NCBI GenBank assembly: GCA_048940445.1
Contig: JBHLON010000011.1
Location: 1 to 64,000, forward strand
DNA from: Promethearchaeota archaeon
GTDB taxonomy: Archaea; Asgardarchaeota; Lokiarchaeia; Sigyniarchaeales; SOKP01
Reading direction: 5' to 3'
Length of the DNA: 64,000 nucleotides
Translations under genes and position numbers: made by a program
Notes under the pieces: generated by a model
The model's input: only the letters and a program-made list of their open reading frames with translations
What the model was told of the DNA's origin: nothing
Database searches by the model: none
In this document: piece after piece, positions 1 through 10,031 of the stretch
Layout: each line of letters opens with the position of its first letter
Position numbering within the stretch: the first letter of the stretch is position 1

Positions 1-69
1 AAAGAAATCTACAAAATCATGGATATTTCTGAGTTATTATTTAAGACTTTATAACTACCCTATTATAAT

Positions 70-975
70 TTAAAATATTTGTTGTTCTGGTAACATCCCG
101 ATTTCGAATTCTCTTCCACAATAATTCAAATAAAATTCATTCGGAAAGCTCTGCCATAATCTAGTAGTTGCTTTAAAACCCGTACAATGACAGGGAGATA
201 ATATCTTGAGGTTATACTTTTTTAATCCTTCAATTGTTCTTTCAATATATGCATCGTGACGCCTCACTAAATGGGTTCCTCCTATAACCGCATAAAAATT
301 ATTAAACTTCCCGATTTGTGCTATTTGATCAAGTATGTTTAATAATCCTGCATGAGCACAACCAACTAATACAACAAGTCCAATGCCTTCTACATTAGCC
401 CACAAGGATTGGTCATCTAAAATGAAATCATCTGTTTCAACACCATCTATATTTTTTACTAATTTCTCACCTTGCTTTAATTCCATTACTTTCTCAAAAC
501 TTTTTCTGGGTACTTCTCCAGTTGTTCGTACACCTGGCGCTATCTCAATCGATTCTTTTGAGAAGACAACTTGCCCTCCAGCGGCTTCAATTTTATCTAA
601 ACTTTCTTCTTTCCTAATTCCAATTTCCCTTTTCTTACCCTTAGTATTTATGTGATAACGGGGAAAAAACGCATGAGGATGTGTAAATAATTTTACTCCC
701 CCACTAATATTGGTAGCCTCAACTAAGGCTCCAGCATGGTCCCAATGTCCATGACTGAGAACAATAGCATCTATGTCATTTATATTAGCGTCAAATGTTT
801 TAATATTGTGCAAAAAAACGTCTTTATCTCCACCAGTATCAAATAGAATTTTTTTTGGACTTCCGTTTGCATCTTGAAATTCTAAAAGGAAAGAAAGGCC
901 CCAAGAACCCCAACTTTCTCCAACAACCATATTCTCAACTAAAGTTAAGATTTTTAGATTCTTTATAGCCTTCAT
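70..975 (-). CDS. MBL-fold metallo-hydrolase (7,8-dihydropterin-6-yl-methyl-4-(beta-D-ribofuranosyl)aminobenzene 5'-phosphate synthase-like)
   Basis: LFDTG, SHGHWDHAG, GCAHAG, IGGTHL and PCHCTG motifs; start probably MKAIK at 975 rather than 1026. Confidence 0.8.
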   Translation of the reverse strand: MKAIKNLKILTLVENMVVGESWGSWGLSFLLEFQDANGSPKKILFDTGGDKDVFLHNIKTFDANINDIDAIVLSHGHWDHAGALVEATNISGGVKLFTHPHAFFPRYHINTKGKKREIGIRKEESLDKIEAAGGQVVFSKESIEIAPGVRTTGEVPRKSFEKVMELKQGEKLVKNIDGVETDDFILDDQSLWANVEGIGLVVLVGCAHAGLLNILDQIAQIGKFNNFYAVIGGTHLVRRHDAYIERTIEGLKKYNLKILSPCHCTGFKATTRLWQSFPNEFYLNYCGREFEIGMLPEQQIF

Positions 976-1128
976 GATTATTTGATAAACTCTTTTATAA
1001 TTTTTGATGATTAAACATAATCTCAATATCTTAAGAATTTAATTAATCTTAAAATTGAAAAAGAAAAAATAAAATATTACATTTATCTGAAATATTACTT
1101 ATATAAATTAAAAATAAGATGTAGATTT

Positions 1129-2586
1129 ATGAGTGAATTAATTTGTGTATTTGATGTTGGTACAACTGGGGCAAGAACAATAATTATAAATGGATCTGGT
1201 AAAGTTATTTCTAAATCATATGAGGAATATCCAATAGTGGAACAACCAACTGGTATTTCAGAGCAAGATCCACAAATTTGGTGGAATGCTATAAAAAATA
1301 CCTGTAATAGAGCAGTAAAAACCATTAATGTAAATGATATAATTGGAATATCTTCAACTTTCCTTCGGGGCACAATCACAATCGTAGATAAAGAGGGGAA
1401 GGTACTATATCCTGCTTTAACTTGGATGGATGAAAGAGAAGAACATACTGCTAAAGAATGGACTAAAGAAGATGATCTTAGAAGAATTATTCCTAAGATC
1501 TTATGGATTCAGAAAAACCGACCAGCATTATTTGAGAAAACTGCTAAAATCATCTACCCTGATACATATATTTATATGAAATTATGTGACGTCTATGTTA
1601 CTGACCCCACTAATGGGGTTTTGGGAATTTTAAATAGAAATACCTTAGAATGGGATGAAAAACTTTCAGAGCTATATAATTTACCTTTAGGTTTATGGCC
1701 TGAGTTGCACGCTTCGGGGGATGTCATTGGAGAGTTAAATAAGAACTCCGCAAACGATTTAGGATTAAAGAAAAATACTCCAATAATAGTAGGTGGCGGT
1801 GATCAACAATGTTCTTCCTTAGGATTAGGAGTCATTAATAAAGGTCAATTTAAAATAACAGTAGGTACAGGAACATTTGTAGATGGGATTTCAGATAAGC
1901 CAATACAACCCGCGGGTGATTTTCCAATTTTTTCATATCCTTCTGTTATTAAGGGCAACTGGAATGTCGAAGGTTTAATTCCTGGAACTGGTACTGCTTT
2001 TAAGTGGTTCAAAGATAACTTCTCACAGCTCCAAATCAAAGAAAGTCTACAAAAAAATATTGACGTTTATGATGTATTAACTCAAGAAGCTTCGCATATC
2101 TCTGCCGGATCCGAAGGGCTATTATTTATTCCACTATATATGTTTAAAAAAGGAACTATTCATGGTATAGGGTGGAATCATACGAGAGCACATATGATTA
2201 GAGCCATAATGGAGTCTGCCGCATTAGCAGCTCAAGTTTACTTGACAATAGTAGAAGGTATGTTAGGAACTAAAGCAAATGAAGTTAAAGTAGACGGTGG
2301 GGCTATGAATAGCCCATTATGGACTCAAATTTTTGCTGATGTATTATCAAGAAAAGTATTAGTCCCTGAGGTTAAAGATGGAGCAGCAATGGGTGCGGCT
2401 ATTTTGGGTTTTTTGGGTTGCAAAAGATATAATAGAGTTGAAAATGCAATACAAGAAATGATTAGATTCAGTGAGATTAAAGAACCAGATAAAACAAATA
2501 TAAAAGTATATAAAAAACTGAATAGAATATTTATGCCAACACTTTTAGACATCTATAGTAAAAAGAGAGTAACAAAAGACCTTTAA
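1129..2586 (+). CDS. FGGY-family carbohydrate kinase (xylulokinase-like)
   Basis: DVGTTGAR, EQDPQIWW, GGGDQQ, GTGT and DGGAMNSPLWTQIFADV motifs. Confidence 0.85.
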   Translation: MSELICVFDVGTTGARTIIINGSGKVISKSYEEYPIVEQPTGISEQDPQIWWNAIKNTCNRAVKTINVNDIIGISSTFLRGTITIVDKEGKVLYPALTWMDEREEHTAKEWTKEDDLRRIIPKILWIQKNRPALFEKTAKIIYPDTYIYMKLCDVYVTDPTNGVLGILNRNTLEWDEKLSELYNLPLGLWPELHASGDVIGELNKNSANDLGLKKNTPIIVGGGDQQCSSLGLGVINKGQFKITVGTGTFVDGISDKPIQPAGDFPIFSYPSVIKGNWNVEGLIPGTGTAFKWFKDNFSQLQIKESLQKNIDVYDVLTQEASHISAGSEGLLFIPLYMFKKGTIHGIGWNHTRAHMIRAIMESAALAAQVYLTIVEGMLGTKANEVKVDGGAMNSPLWTQIFADVLSRKVLVPEVKDGAAMGAAILGFLGCKRYNRVENAIQEMIRFSEIKEPDKTNIKVYKKLNRIFMPTLLDIYSKKRVTKDL

Positions 2587-2807
2587 ATATCTAATTATTT
2601 ATCATTTTTTATGACATTATAATTAATTTTTTCTATAAATATTAATAATAGATGAAAAAAATTCACCAAAATGCTAAAATCTCAAATTTAAAACTAACAA
2701 AAAAAGAATTTGTCTTCATAAATTTAAATGCTTTTTCATTTTAGTAAAGTATTTTTTGAATCTTTTATTTCAAAAAATATTAACAAATTTCAAGAAGATC
2801 TTCTTAC

Positions 2808-3644
2808 ATGCCTTATTTCATTAACAAAGAGGGTTATAAACTCTATTATGAGGATATCAATGGAGATGCCAAGGAAAAAACAAAAGGAACTATAATTTTA
2901 CTTCACGGATTTGCCTCGTCAGCATCATTTTTCAATGGTCAAATTCAAGTTCTTAGAAAGAATTACCGAATAATTGCATTTGATGCTTTAGGACATGGTA
3001 GAAGTGATCATCCTAAAAAACCAGATCTTTCAAAAAATATTAGACACGAAATTATTCGAGATCTTGAGGATCTATTAGAATATTTAAATGTAGATGAGAA
3101 ATATGGGATAATAGGGCACTCCCTAGTTGGTGGAATGATTGCTCAACTATTTTGCATGAAGCATGCAGAAGATATAAGATTTCTTATCCTGTTAAATTCT
3201 GGATATATCATGATCGACAATGTTATTAGAAATATTTTCTATAATTTACTTCCATATTTTATTCGGATGAATTTTCTGCAAGTCGTATCAAATTCCATAG
3301 AGACCATTTTGGATAAGATTATCCCCTATATTTTAGCGTCATTAGCGGAATCGATAAATGGAATGAAGTTAACTAAAGATAAACTTTACATGTTAATTGA
3401 AGAGCAAATCTTTGGTATGATAAATGAAATAAAAGAATATAACCCTTCTAAAATAAAATGTCCAACGCTTATTATAGGAGGACGGTTAGATAATTTTGCT
3501 CCAGAACAAATGTCAGAAGAATTACATAAGAAGATCCCTAATTCTCAACTTGAGGTAATAGATATGGCGGGTCATTTTGCACCTGCTCAACGTAAAGATG
3601 TAATTAATCAGTTAATATGTGAGTTTATAAAAAGTCTTAATTGA
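2808..3644 (+). CDS. Alpha/beta hydrolase
   Basis: LLHGF, DALGHGRS, GHSLVGG, D and GH catalytic elements. Confidence 0.85.
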   Translation: MPYFINKEGYKLYYEDINGDAKEKTKGTIILLHGFASSASFFNGQIQVLRKNYRIIAFDALGHGRSDHPKKPDLSKNIRHEIIRDLEDLLEYLNVDEKYGIIGHSLVGGMIAQLFCMKHAEDIRFLILLNSGYIMIDNVIRNIFYNLLPYFIRMNFLQVVSNSIETILDKIIPYILASLAESINGMKLTKDKLYMLIEEQIFGMINEIKEYNPSKIKCPTLIIGGRLDNFAPEQMSEELHKKIPNSQLEVIDMAGHFAPAQRKDVINQLICEFIKSLN

Positions 3645-3687
3645 ATATAATATAAAAAAACTCTTACTTTGATAGCTCGTTTAAATT

Positions 3688-4056
3688 ATGGAATTAGATC
3701 AGAATGATGAAAACACATCTGTCTCTTATTTTAAGTATCAAGTAAATGAATTTGTAAGAAAGCGTAATTGGTCAAAATATCATACTCCCAAAAATTTAAT
3801 TCAAGCTTTAGGAATAGAAGTCTCAGAATTGTCAGAATTATTTTTATTTAAAGATTATAATTCAAATGATATACATAGAAATAAGGAATTAATAAAAGCA
3901 ATTTCCGGGGAGATAGCGGATATTTTTATATATTTAGTTAGCCTCGTAAACTCTTTAAGTATAGATTTAACTTACTCTTTTGTTAAAAAAATGGAAATAA
4001 ATGAAAACAAATATCCTCCTGATGAATTTAACGACGGAACATACTACAAAAAGTGA
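3688..4056 (+). CDS. MazG-like nucleotide pyrophosphohydrolase (dCTPase-like)
   Basis: RNWSKYHTPKNL, EVSEL, EIADI and NENKYP motifs. Confidence 0.85.
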   Translation: MELDQNDENTSVSYFKYQVNEFVRKRNWSKYHTPKNLIQALGIEVSELSELFLFKDYNSNDIHRNKELIKAISGEIADIFIYLVSLVNSLSIDLTYSFVKKMEINENKYPPDEFNDGTYYKK

Positions 4057-4147
4057 TAAAATTAATAGTACCTTTATTTTACTATTAATAATTAGTATAT
4101 AAAATATATAATAATATTTTTTATGCGAATTACTCTTTATTAATAAC

Positions 4148-5125
4148 ATGGTTAACAACAATCTTGATGAAATAATCAAAAGTCAGCTAGATATAACCCT
4201 AAAAGAAACTAATTTTTCCTCTTTAGGGAAATTATATAGAGGAAAGGTTCGAGACAATTATATTAAAGACGATATTAGAATTATTATTGCAACAGATCGT
4301 TTATCTGCTTTTGATCGCGTTATTACAACAATTCCATTCAAAGGGCAAATACTAAATCAAATCTCTTCATTTTGGTTTGAAAAAACGAAAAATATTGTTA
4401 AAAATCACTTGATTAATGTACCAGATCCTAATGTAGCTATAGTTCATCAGTGTAATTTAATACCTATAGAAATGATTGTAAGAGCATATATTACTGGAAC
4501 TGCATGGAGAAATTATTTAAAAGGAAAATCAACTTCAGGTATAAAACTACCAGATGGTTTAAAGCAAAACCAGAAATTAGAGGACTATTTTATTACACCT
4601 TCCACAAAAGCAGAATCTGGTCATGATATTTACCTCTCAAAGGAGGAAATCCTCGAAAGGAACTTAATTGAAAGAGATGTATATGAACAAATGGAAGAAG
4701 CAGCATTAAAATTGTTTAAATTTGGAGAAAAGTATTGTAGACAGAATGGGCTTATTTTAGTTGATACAAAATATGAATTTGGTATGAAAGATGGTGAATT
4801 ATATGTAATTGATGAAATTCATACTCAAGATTCTTCTCGATTTTGGATCCTAGACACGTATGAGGAAAAATTCGAAAAGAGTCAAGATCCTGAGATTTTA
4901 GATAAAGAAATCTTTAGGGGTTGGCTAATGGAGAAATATCCCAATATCTTTCCCAATATAAAACCTAATCAAGGAATACCTCCCATTTCCACTGATATTA
5001 AAGTTGAATTGGCAAAAAGATACATGAGAAGTTATAACAAAATAACTGGATTAGAATTTAAGGCTGAAGTAGAAAATGTGGAACAGAGAATATTAAAAAA
5101 TCTAGAAAAGTTTAATTATATTTAA
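4148..5125 (+). CDS. purC: SAICAR synthase
   Basis: GKVRDNY, TDRLSAFD, TPSTKAE, LVDTKYEFG, DEIHTQDSSRFW. Confidence 0.95.
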   Translation: MVNNNLDEIIKSQLDITLKETNFSSLGKLYRGKVRDNYIKDDIRIIIATDRLSAFDRVITTIPFKGQILNQISSFWFEKTKNIVKNHLINVPDPNVAIVHQCNLIPIEMIVRAYITGTAWRNYLKGKSTSGIKLPDGLKQNQKLEDYFITPSTKAESGHDIYLSKEEILERNLIERDVYEQMEEAALKLFKFGEKYCRQNGLILVDTKYEFGMKDGELYVIDEIHTQDSSRFWILDTYEEKFEKSQDPEILDKEIFRGWLMEKYPNIFPNIKPNQGIPPISTDIKVELAKRYMRSYNKITGLEFKAEVENVEQRILKNLEKFNYI

Positions 5126-5192
5126 CTCTCAAGGAGATAATTTAAGATTATAAGAAAAGATTTATATACATTTAAAGGTTAATTTTTTCATT

Positions 5193-5387
5193 ATGTTTCA
5201 TTTAATTCTATTAATTGGCACATATGGGCTTCTCATTACCTCTTTTATTTTATTATTCATCGATTTACTTTCATTTAAAAAATATCAAAATGAATCACTT
5301 AATGGAAAATTTCCCAAATTAGGCAGAAATAGTGTCATAATATCCTTAGTTGCGCTTATTCTTTTAGTATTCATGAGCCTTAGTTAA
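5193..5387 (+). CDS. Small two-TM membrane protein
   Basis: ATG start, two hydrophobic segments, fills the gap between purC and purS. Confidence 0.5.
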   Translation: MFHLILLIGTYGLLITSFILLFIDLLSFKKYQNESLNGKFPKLGRNSVIISLVALILLVFMSLS

Positions 5388-5527
5388 ACTGGATGAGGTA
5401 ATTCTACTTAAATTAATTAAGCATAAAAAAATTAAAAAAAACTCCACATATAATGCAGTTTGGTGGTTGAGATTATTTATAAATTAATAACAATTATTTT
5501 AATTATAATTTAACTTATTCTTAAAAA

Positions 5528-5800
5528 ATGATTCCTTCAGAATTTATTGTTGAAGTAATATTAGAAAACAAACCAGCCGCAAGAGATCCTGTTGGAGAAA
5601 CTATTAAAAGAGATTTGCTAGCCAAAAAAGGTTATGATATGGTTTCTAATGTTCGAAGTGGTCAATATCTTAGATTTTATTTAACTGCTGAAAATGAAAC
5701 GAACGCTAAAGAGATTGTTGAAGATTTATTAAATAAACTCAGAATTTTCAACCCCGTTACTCAAAACTTTAAGATCTTAAATTTAATTACAGAGAAATGA
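5528..5800 (+). CDS. purS: FGAM synthase subunit PurS
   Basis: DPVGETI and NPV motifs; first gene of purSQL. Confidence 0.9.
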   Translation: MIPSEFIVEVILENKPAARDPVGETIKRDLLAKKGYDMVSNVRSGQYLRFYLTAENETNAKEIVEDLLNKLRIFNPVTQNFKILNLITEK

Positions 5801-6516
5801 TCAATATGACCCTAAGAATTGCTGTTATTCAATTCGCAGGTGCTAATTGTGATTTGGATACTTTACACGTCTTAAATAATGTTATAAACGTAAAAACAGA
5901 TTTAGTTTGGCATAATCATTTTAAAGAAGCTCATTATGACGGAGTCATACTCCCAGGGGGTTTTGCTTTTGGAGATTATTTAAGAGCAGGGATAATTGCG
6001 GCTCATAGTCCAGCTTTAGATGAAGCAAGAATTATGTTAAAAGATGGAAGACCAGTAATAGGGATTTGTAATGGATTTCAAATCTTGACTGAAGCCGAAT
6101 TTCTTCCAGGTGCTTTATTAAAAAATGATTCACTTAAATTTATATGCAAATGGGTTAATTTAAAGGTAGAAAATAATAAAACCGCTTTAACAAATAAATT
6201 GAACATTGGTGATATTTTAGACATTCCCATTGCTCATGGAGAAGGGAGGTACTTTACTGATAATCTTAGGGAACTTGAAGAAAATGAGCAAATTGTATTT
6301 AGATACTCTGCTGAGGACGGTGAAATAACAGAAAAGTCTAATCCTAATGGATCACTTGAAAATATCGCAGGGATATGTAATTTAGAACAAAATTGTATCG
6401 GATTGATGCCTCATCCAGAACGTGCATCTGAAGCAATTCTAAGTCCAAAAGGCACAATACACGGAAGAATGCTTTTTAATTCAATGATTGACTTTATAGA
6501 AAAGAGGTTATCGTGA
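5797..6516 (+). CDS. purQ: FGAM synthase glutaminase subunit
   Basis: PGGFAFGDYLRAG, GICNGFQ, AHGEG, MPHPER. Confidence 0.97.
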   Translation: MINMTLRIAVIQFAGANCDLDTLHVLNNVINVKTDLVWHNHFKEAHYDGVILPGGFAFGDYLRAGIIAAHSPALDEARIMLKDGRPVIGICNGFQILTEAEFLPGALLKNDSLKFICKWVNLKVENNKTALTNKLNIGDILDIPIAHGEGRYFTDNLRELEENEQIVFRYSAEDGEITEKSNPNGSLENIAGICNLEQNCIGLMPHPERASEAILSPKGTIHGRMLFNSMIDFIEKRLS

Positions 6517-8762
6517 TGCCAAAAATTAAAATTGATGATGATGAATTAAATGTAGATTTAACATCTTCAGAAGTTCAGTGGATAAAAGATACCTTAAATA
6601 GAGAACCATCTATTACAGAATTAGGTATGTTTGATGTAATGTGGAGTGAACATTGCTCTTATAAATCTTCCCGACCAAAATTATCTTTATTTGAAGATGC
6701 TGAAAAAAATTATGATTATGTATTGGCAGGTCCTGGGCAAGATGCTGGAGTAATTGATATTGGAGATGGTTATGCTCTAGCTTTTCGAATTGAGTCTCAC
6801 AACCACCCATCTGCTATTGAGCCCTATCATGGAGCTGCGACAGGTATAGGTGGAATTATAAGAGATATCCTATGTATGGGAGTACGCCCAATTGCTTTAC
6901 TAGATCCATTGCGATTTGGTCCGTTAAAAGATAATCCTCATTCTCAATGGTTATTTAAATATGTGGTAAAGGGAATTGCGGATTATGGAAATTGCACCGG
7001 AATCCCAACCATAGGAGGAGAAGTTGGATTCGATAAAAGTTTTGAGAGTAATTGTCTTGTTAATGTTGCTTGTATTGGATTAGGAAGAATTGAGGATTTT
7101 AAGCATGCTCCAAGCAGAGCATATTATCCTGGGGATTACATTATCCTAATGGGAGGGTCGACTGGAAGAGATGGGATACATGGAGTCACTTTTGCCTCAA
7201 GAACTCTTACTGAACTTTCAGAAGCGGATAGACCAGCAGTACAAATTGGAGATCCTTTTACAAAAAAGATGATCATTGAGGCCACATTAGAAGCTGTCAA
7301 AACTGGTTATGTTAGAGGGCTAAAAGATCTTGGAGGCGGCGGTTTGTCTTGTGCATTAAGTGAATTAACAGGTGATGGCGGTACGGGTGCAAAGATCGAC
7401 ATGAGAAAAATTTTTACTCGTGAGCCAAACATGAATTCATTCGAAATTATGTTGTCAGAGTCTCAAGAAAGAATGGCTTTTATCGTTAAACCCCAAGGAT
7501 TAGAAACAGTACTAGATATATTTAGAAAATTCGAAGTGCCGCATGCAGTTATTGGACGCACAAATGATTCTAAAATTCTCAATATCTATGATGGTGATAA
7601 TTCAGTGGTTAGTTTACCTTCAATTGCACTCTCTGAATCTCCTACCATTCCTCGTAAGGAAAATCGCCCAGATTTTCTCGACGTTTTGTGTCTGGAGGAG
7701 ACCCCAGAACTAAAACTCAGACTTGATCAAGTAATCTATACATTAATTGCTTCTGAGAACATTTGCAGTAAAGAATGGGTATATAGACAATATGATCATG
7801 AAGTTGGTGTACGTTCTGTTGTAAAATGTGGGAAAGGAGATTCTGGTGTACTGAGAATAATTGGTACTAATAAATTTATAGCAGCTAGTGTGGGTACCAA
7901 TTCAAAACATTGTTATCTTGATCCCTATGAAGGTGCCAAAGGAGGGATCATTGAAATATGTGGGAATGTGATTGCCAATGGAGCAAGACCAAAAGCAATG
8001 GTAAATTGCTGTAATTTTGGAAATCCCGAGAAACCTGAATCTTTTTGGTATTTTGCTGAATCTGTTAAAGGAATGGCGGATAGCTGTAAAAATCTAAGGA
8101 TTCCAGTTGTTGGAGGTAATGTTTCATTTTATAATGAAGATGATGTGAATAATACTGTAATTAAACCTACTCCAATAATTATGATTGTAGGAATAATTGA
8201 TGGAAAAGATAATATAATAACTTTACCATTCAAAAATGTCGGAGACGACATCTTAATAATTGGAGATACCCGAGCAGAGTTAGGAGGGTCCGAATATCAC
8301 TCTGTAGTGCATAATATTGAAGGAGGGACCCCACCTAAAATCAATGAAGTTGAAATAGCGGACCGATGGAAATTTCTTCAGGAATTATATAAAAATCAAC
8401 TTGTTAAAGCAAATCACGATATAAATAAAGGAGGATTTATAATTACTCTTGGAGAAATGTGCTTTAAGAATAGTATAGGAATAGAATTGAATCTATATGA
8501 CTATAATATTCACAACTTAAAAGATGACGAACTCTTATTTAGTGAAACTGCCGGTAGATTTGTAATTGAGACCAATCCAGAGAATTACCAAAAGATTTTG
8601 AAATTAGCTAAAAAATTTGGAGTATTTGTCAAAAGAGTCGGAACTCTAATTAAAAATCCAATTTTAAAAATTGATGGATTAAGAACGGGAAACCTAACAC
8701 TTGATATTTTAGAAATGAAACAACTTTATGACTCTACTATCCCAAACCTAATGGAAATCTAA
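6513..8762 (+). CDS. purL: FGAM synthase synthetase subunit
   Basis: WSEHCSYKS, ESHNHPS, DLGGGG, LSESQERM, GGNVSFYN. Confidence 0.97.
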   Translation: MMPKIKIDDDELNVDLTSSEVQWIKDTLNREPSITELGMFDVMWSEHCSYKSSRPKLSLFEDAEKNYDYVLAGPGQDAGVIDIGDGYALAFRIESHNHPSAIEPYHGAATGIGGIIRDILCMGVRPIALLDPLRFGPLKDNPHSQWLFKYVVKGIADYGNCTGIPTIGGEVGFDKSFESNCLVNVACIGLGRIEDFKHAPSRAYYPGDYIILMGGSTGRDGIHGVTFASRTLTELSEADRPAVQIGDPFTKKMIIEATLEAVKTGYVRGLKDLGGGGLSCALSELTGDGGTGAKIDMRKIFTREPNMNSFEIMLSESQERMAFIVKPQGLETVLDIFRKFEVPHAVIGRTNDSKILNIYDGDNSVVSLPSIALSESPTIPRKENRPDFLDVLCLEETPELKLRLDQVIYTLIASENICSKEWVYRQYDHEVGVRSVVKCGKGDSGVLRIIGTNKFIAASVGTNSKHCYLDPYEGAKGGIIEICGNVIANGARPKAMVNCCNFGNPEKPESFWYFAESVKGMADSCKNLRIPVVGGNVSFYNEDDVNNTVIKPTPIIMIVGIIDGKDNIITLPFKNVGDDILIIGDTRAELGGSEYHSVVHNIEGGTPPKINEVEIADRWKFLQELYKNQLVKANHDINKGGFIITLGEMCFKNSIGIELNLYDYNIHNLKDDELLFSETAGRFVIETNPENYQKILKLAKKFGVFVKRVGTLIKNPILKIDGLRTGNLTLDILEMKQLYDSTIPNLMEI

Positions 8763-8844
8763 GTTTTTGATCAAAAAACACAAATTTGAAATAGTAGAAA
8801 TCTTTTAATTTATTCGGGATAGGCTTCAGAGAGTGTTATATGGA

Positions 8845-9051
8845 ATGAGAGTTCGAGCTTGTATTAAATGTAAAGAATATGTAGTAATTCATCCAAATAA
8901 CCCTCTAAATCAAAATAAGTTACATCAATTTGAGAAAAGACATCATCTTCACACTCTAATTACAGTAAATCTCGATGAAGTAAAAGAATCTTATCAAATG
9001 TATAAAAATAATGGTTCTGATAACTCTTCGGAAGAATTTAACAATTCTTAA
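8845..9051 (+). CDS. Small putative Zn-binding protein
   Basis: CxxC near the N-terminus plus HxxH; ATG at 8845. Confidence 0.6.
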   Translation: MRVRACIKCKEYVVIHPNNPLNQNKLHQFEKRHHLHTLITVNLDEVKESYQMYKNNGSDNSSEEFNNS

Positions 9052-9075
9052 GTTTTTTTACCCATTTCTTTTGAT

Positions 9076-9873
9076 TCATAAATATTCTAAAATTGATTTA
9101 AAGGATTCAATAATAAGAGTGGGTTTTTTTTCTTTATTTGATGGTTTATAATAAGAACCTTTTCCTGTTTTTACTAATATAGATTTCATATTGGTGTTAT
9201 GAGCACCTTGAATATCTGATTCATAGTCATCCCCAATCACAATACATTCATTCGATCTTAGACTTAATTTATTTAATGCTTGGTTAAAAAACTCTATAGA
9301 TGGTTTGCCAAAAATTTTAAAAGACACATTTGCTGTGACTGCTAACATTTTCACTAAAGAGCCAGTATCGATTACAGGTTCTCCTTTTTGATCCAAAAAG
9401 TAACGATTCCCCTGAGCTCCAAACAGTTTAGCACCCTGCATAATGTATTTAAAAGCAAGATTTAGACGATTAAGATCCCAATTGTCTCTAAAGTCTGCAA
9501 TTATAACATAATCAGGTATTTGATTATTTTTTATCAAATTAAATTCACTAAATAAACTTTCAATCTCTTTTGATGCTACTAAATATATGCTTTTTTCTGG
9601 TTCAGTTGATATGAATTCTTTTAAGGCGATAATTGGTGTAAAAATTTCATTTTCTTTAATAGAAAATCCATATCTAACTAATTGGGTATAAATTGATTTA
9701 GGGGTTTTACTATCAGTATTAGTTAAAAATAGGAATTTAATGCCCATTTTTCTAATTTTAGATATAGCTTCAATTGCTCCCGGTATTGCTGAGCCTTTAA
9801 AGAATAAAGTACCATCTATATCTGATAAAATACCTTTAGTGTTGCCTAGATTTTTATGTATTTTATTTACCAT
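9076..9873 (-). CDS. HAD-IIA hydrolase (NagD/LHPP-like)
   Basis: DIDGTL, LTN, GKP and IGDDYESDI motifs. Confidence 0.9.
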   Translation of the reverse strand: MVNKIHKNLGNTKGILSDIDGTLFFKGSAIPGAIEAISKIRKMGIKFLFLTNTDSKTPKSIYTQLVRYGFSIKENEIFTPIIALKEFISTEPEKSIYLVASKEIESLFSEFNLIKNNQIPDYVIIADFRDNWDLNRLNLAFKYIMQGAKLFGAQGNRYFLDQKGEPVIDTGSLVKMLAVTANVSFKIFGKPSIEFFNQALNKLSLRSNECIVIGDDYESDIQGAHNTNMKSILVKTGKGSYYKPSNKEKKPTLIIESFKSILEYL

Positions 9874-10031
9874 GATTGTACTAATTTTAATTTGTATATT
9901 TGCTTTTTCCTACAAAATCTAAATTCTCTTAAAAAAGGAATATAGTGCAAAAGATTGATATCAAAATCTTTATATATAGGTTTATCACAATGATTATACG
10001 ATTCAAATTTATTACAAAAATGTAATATTAG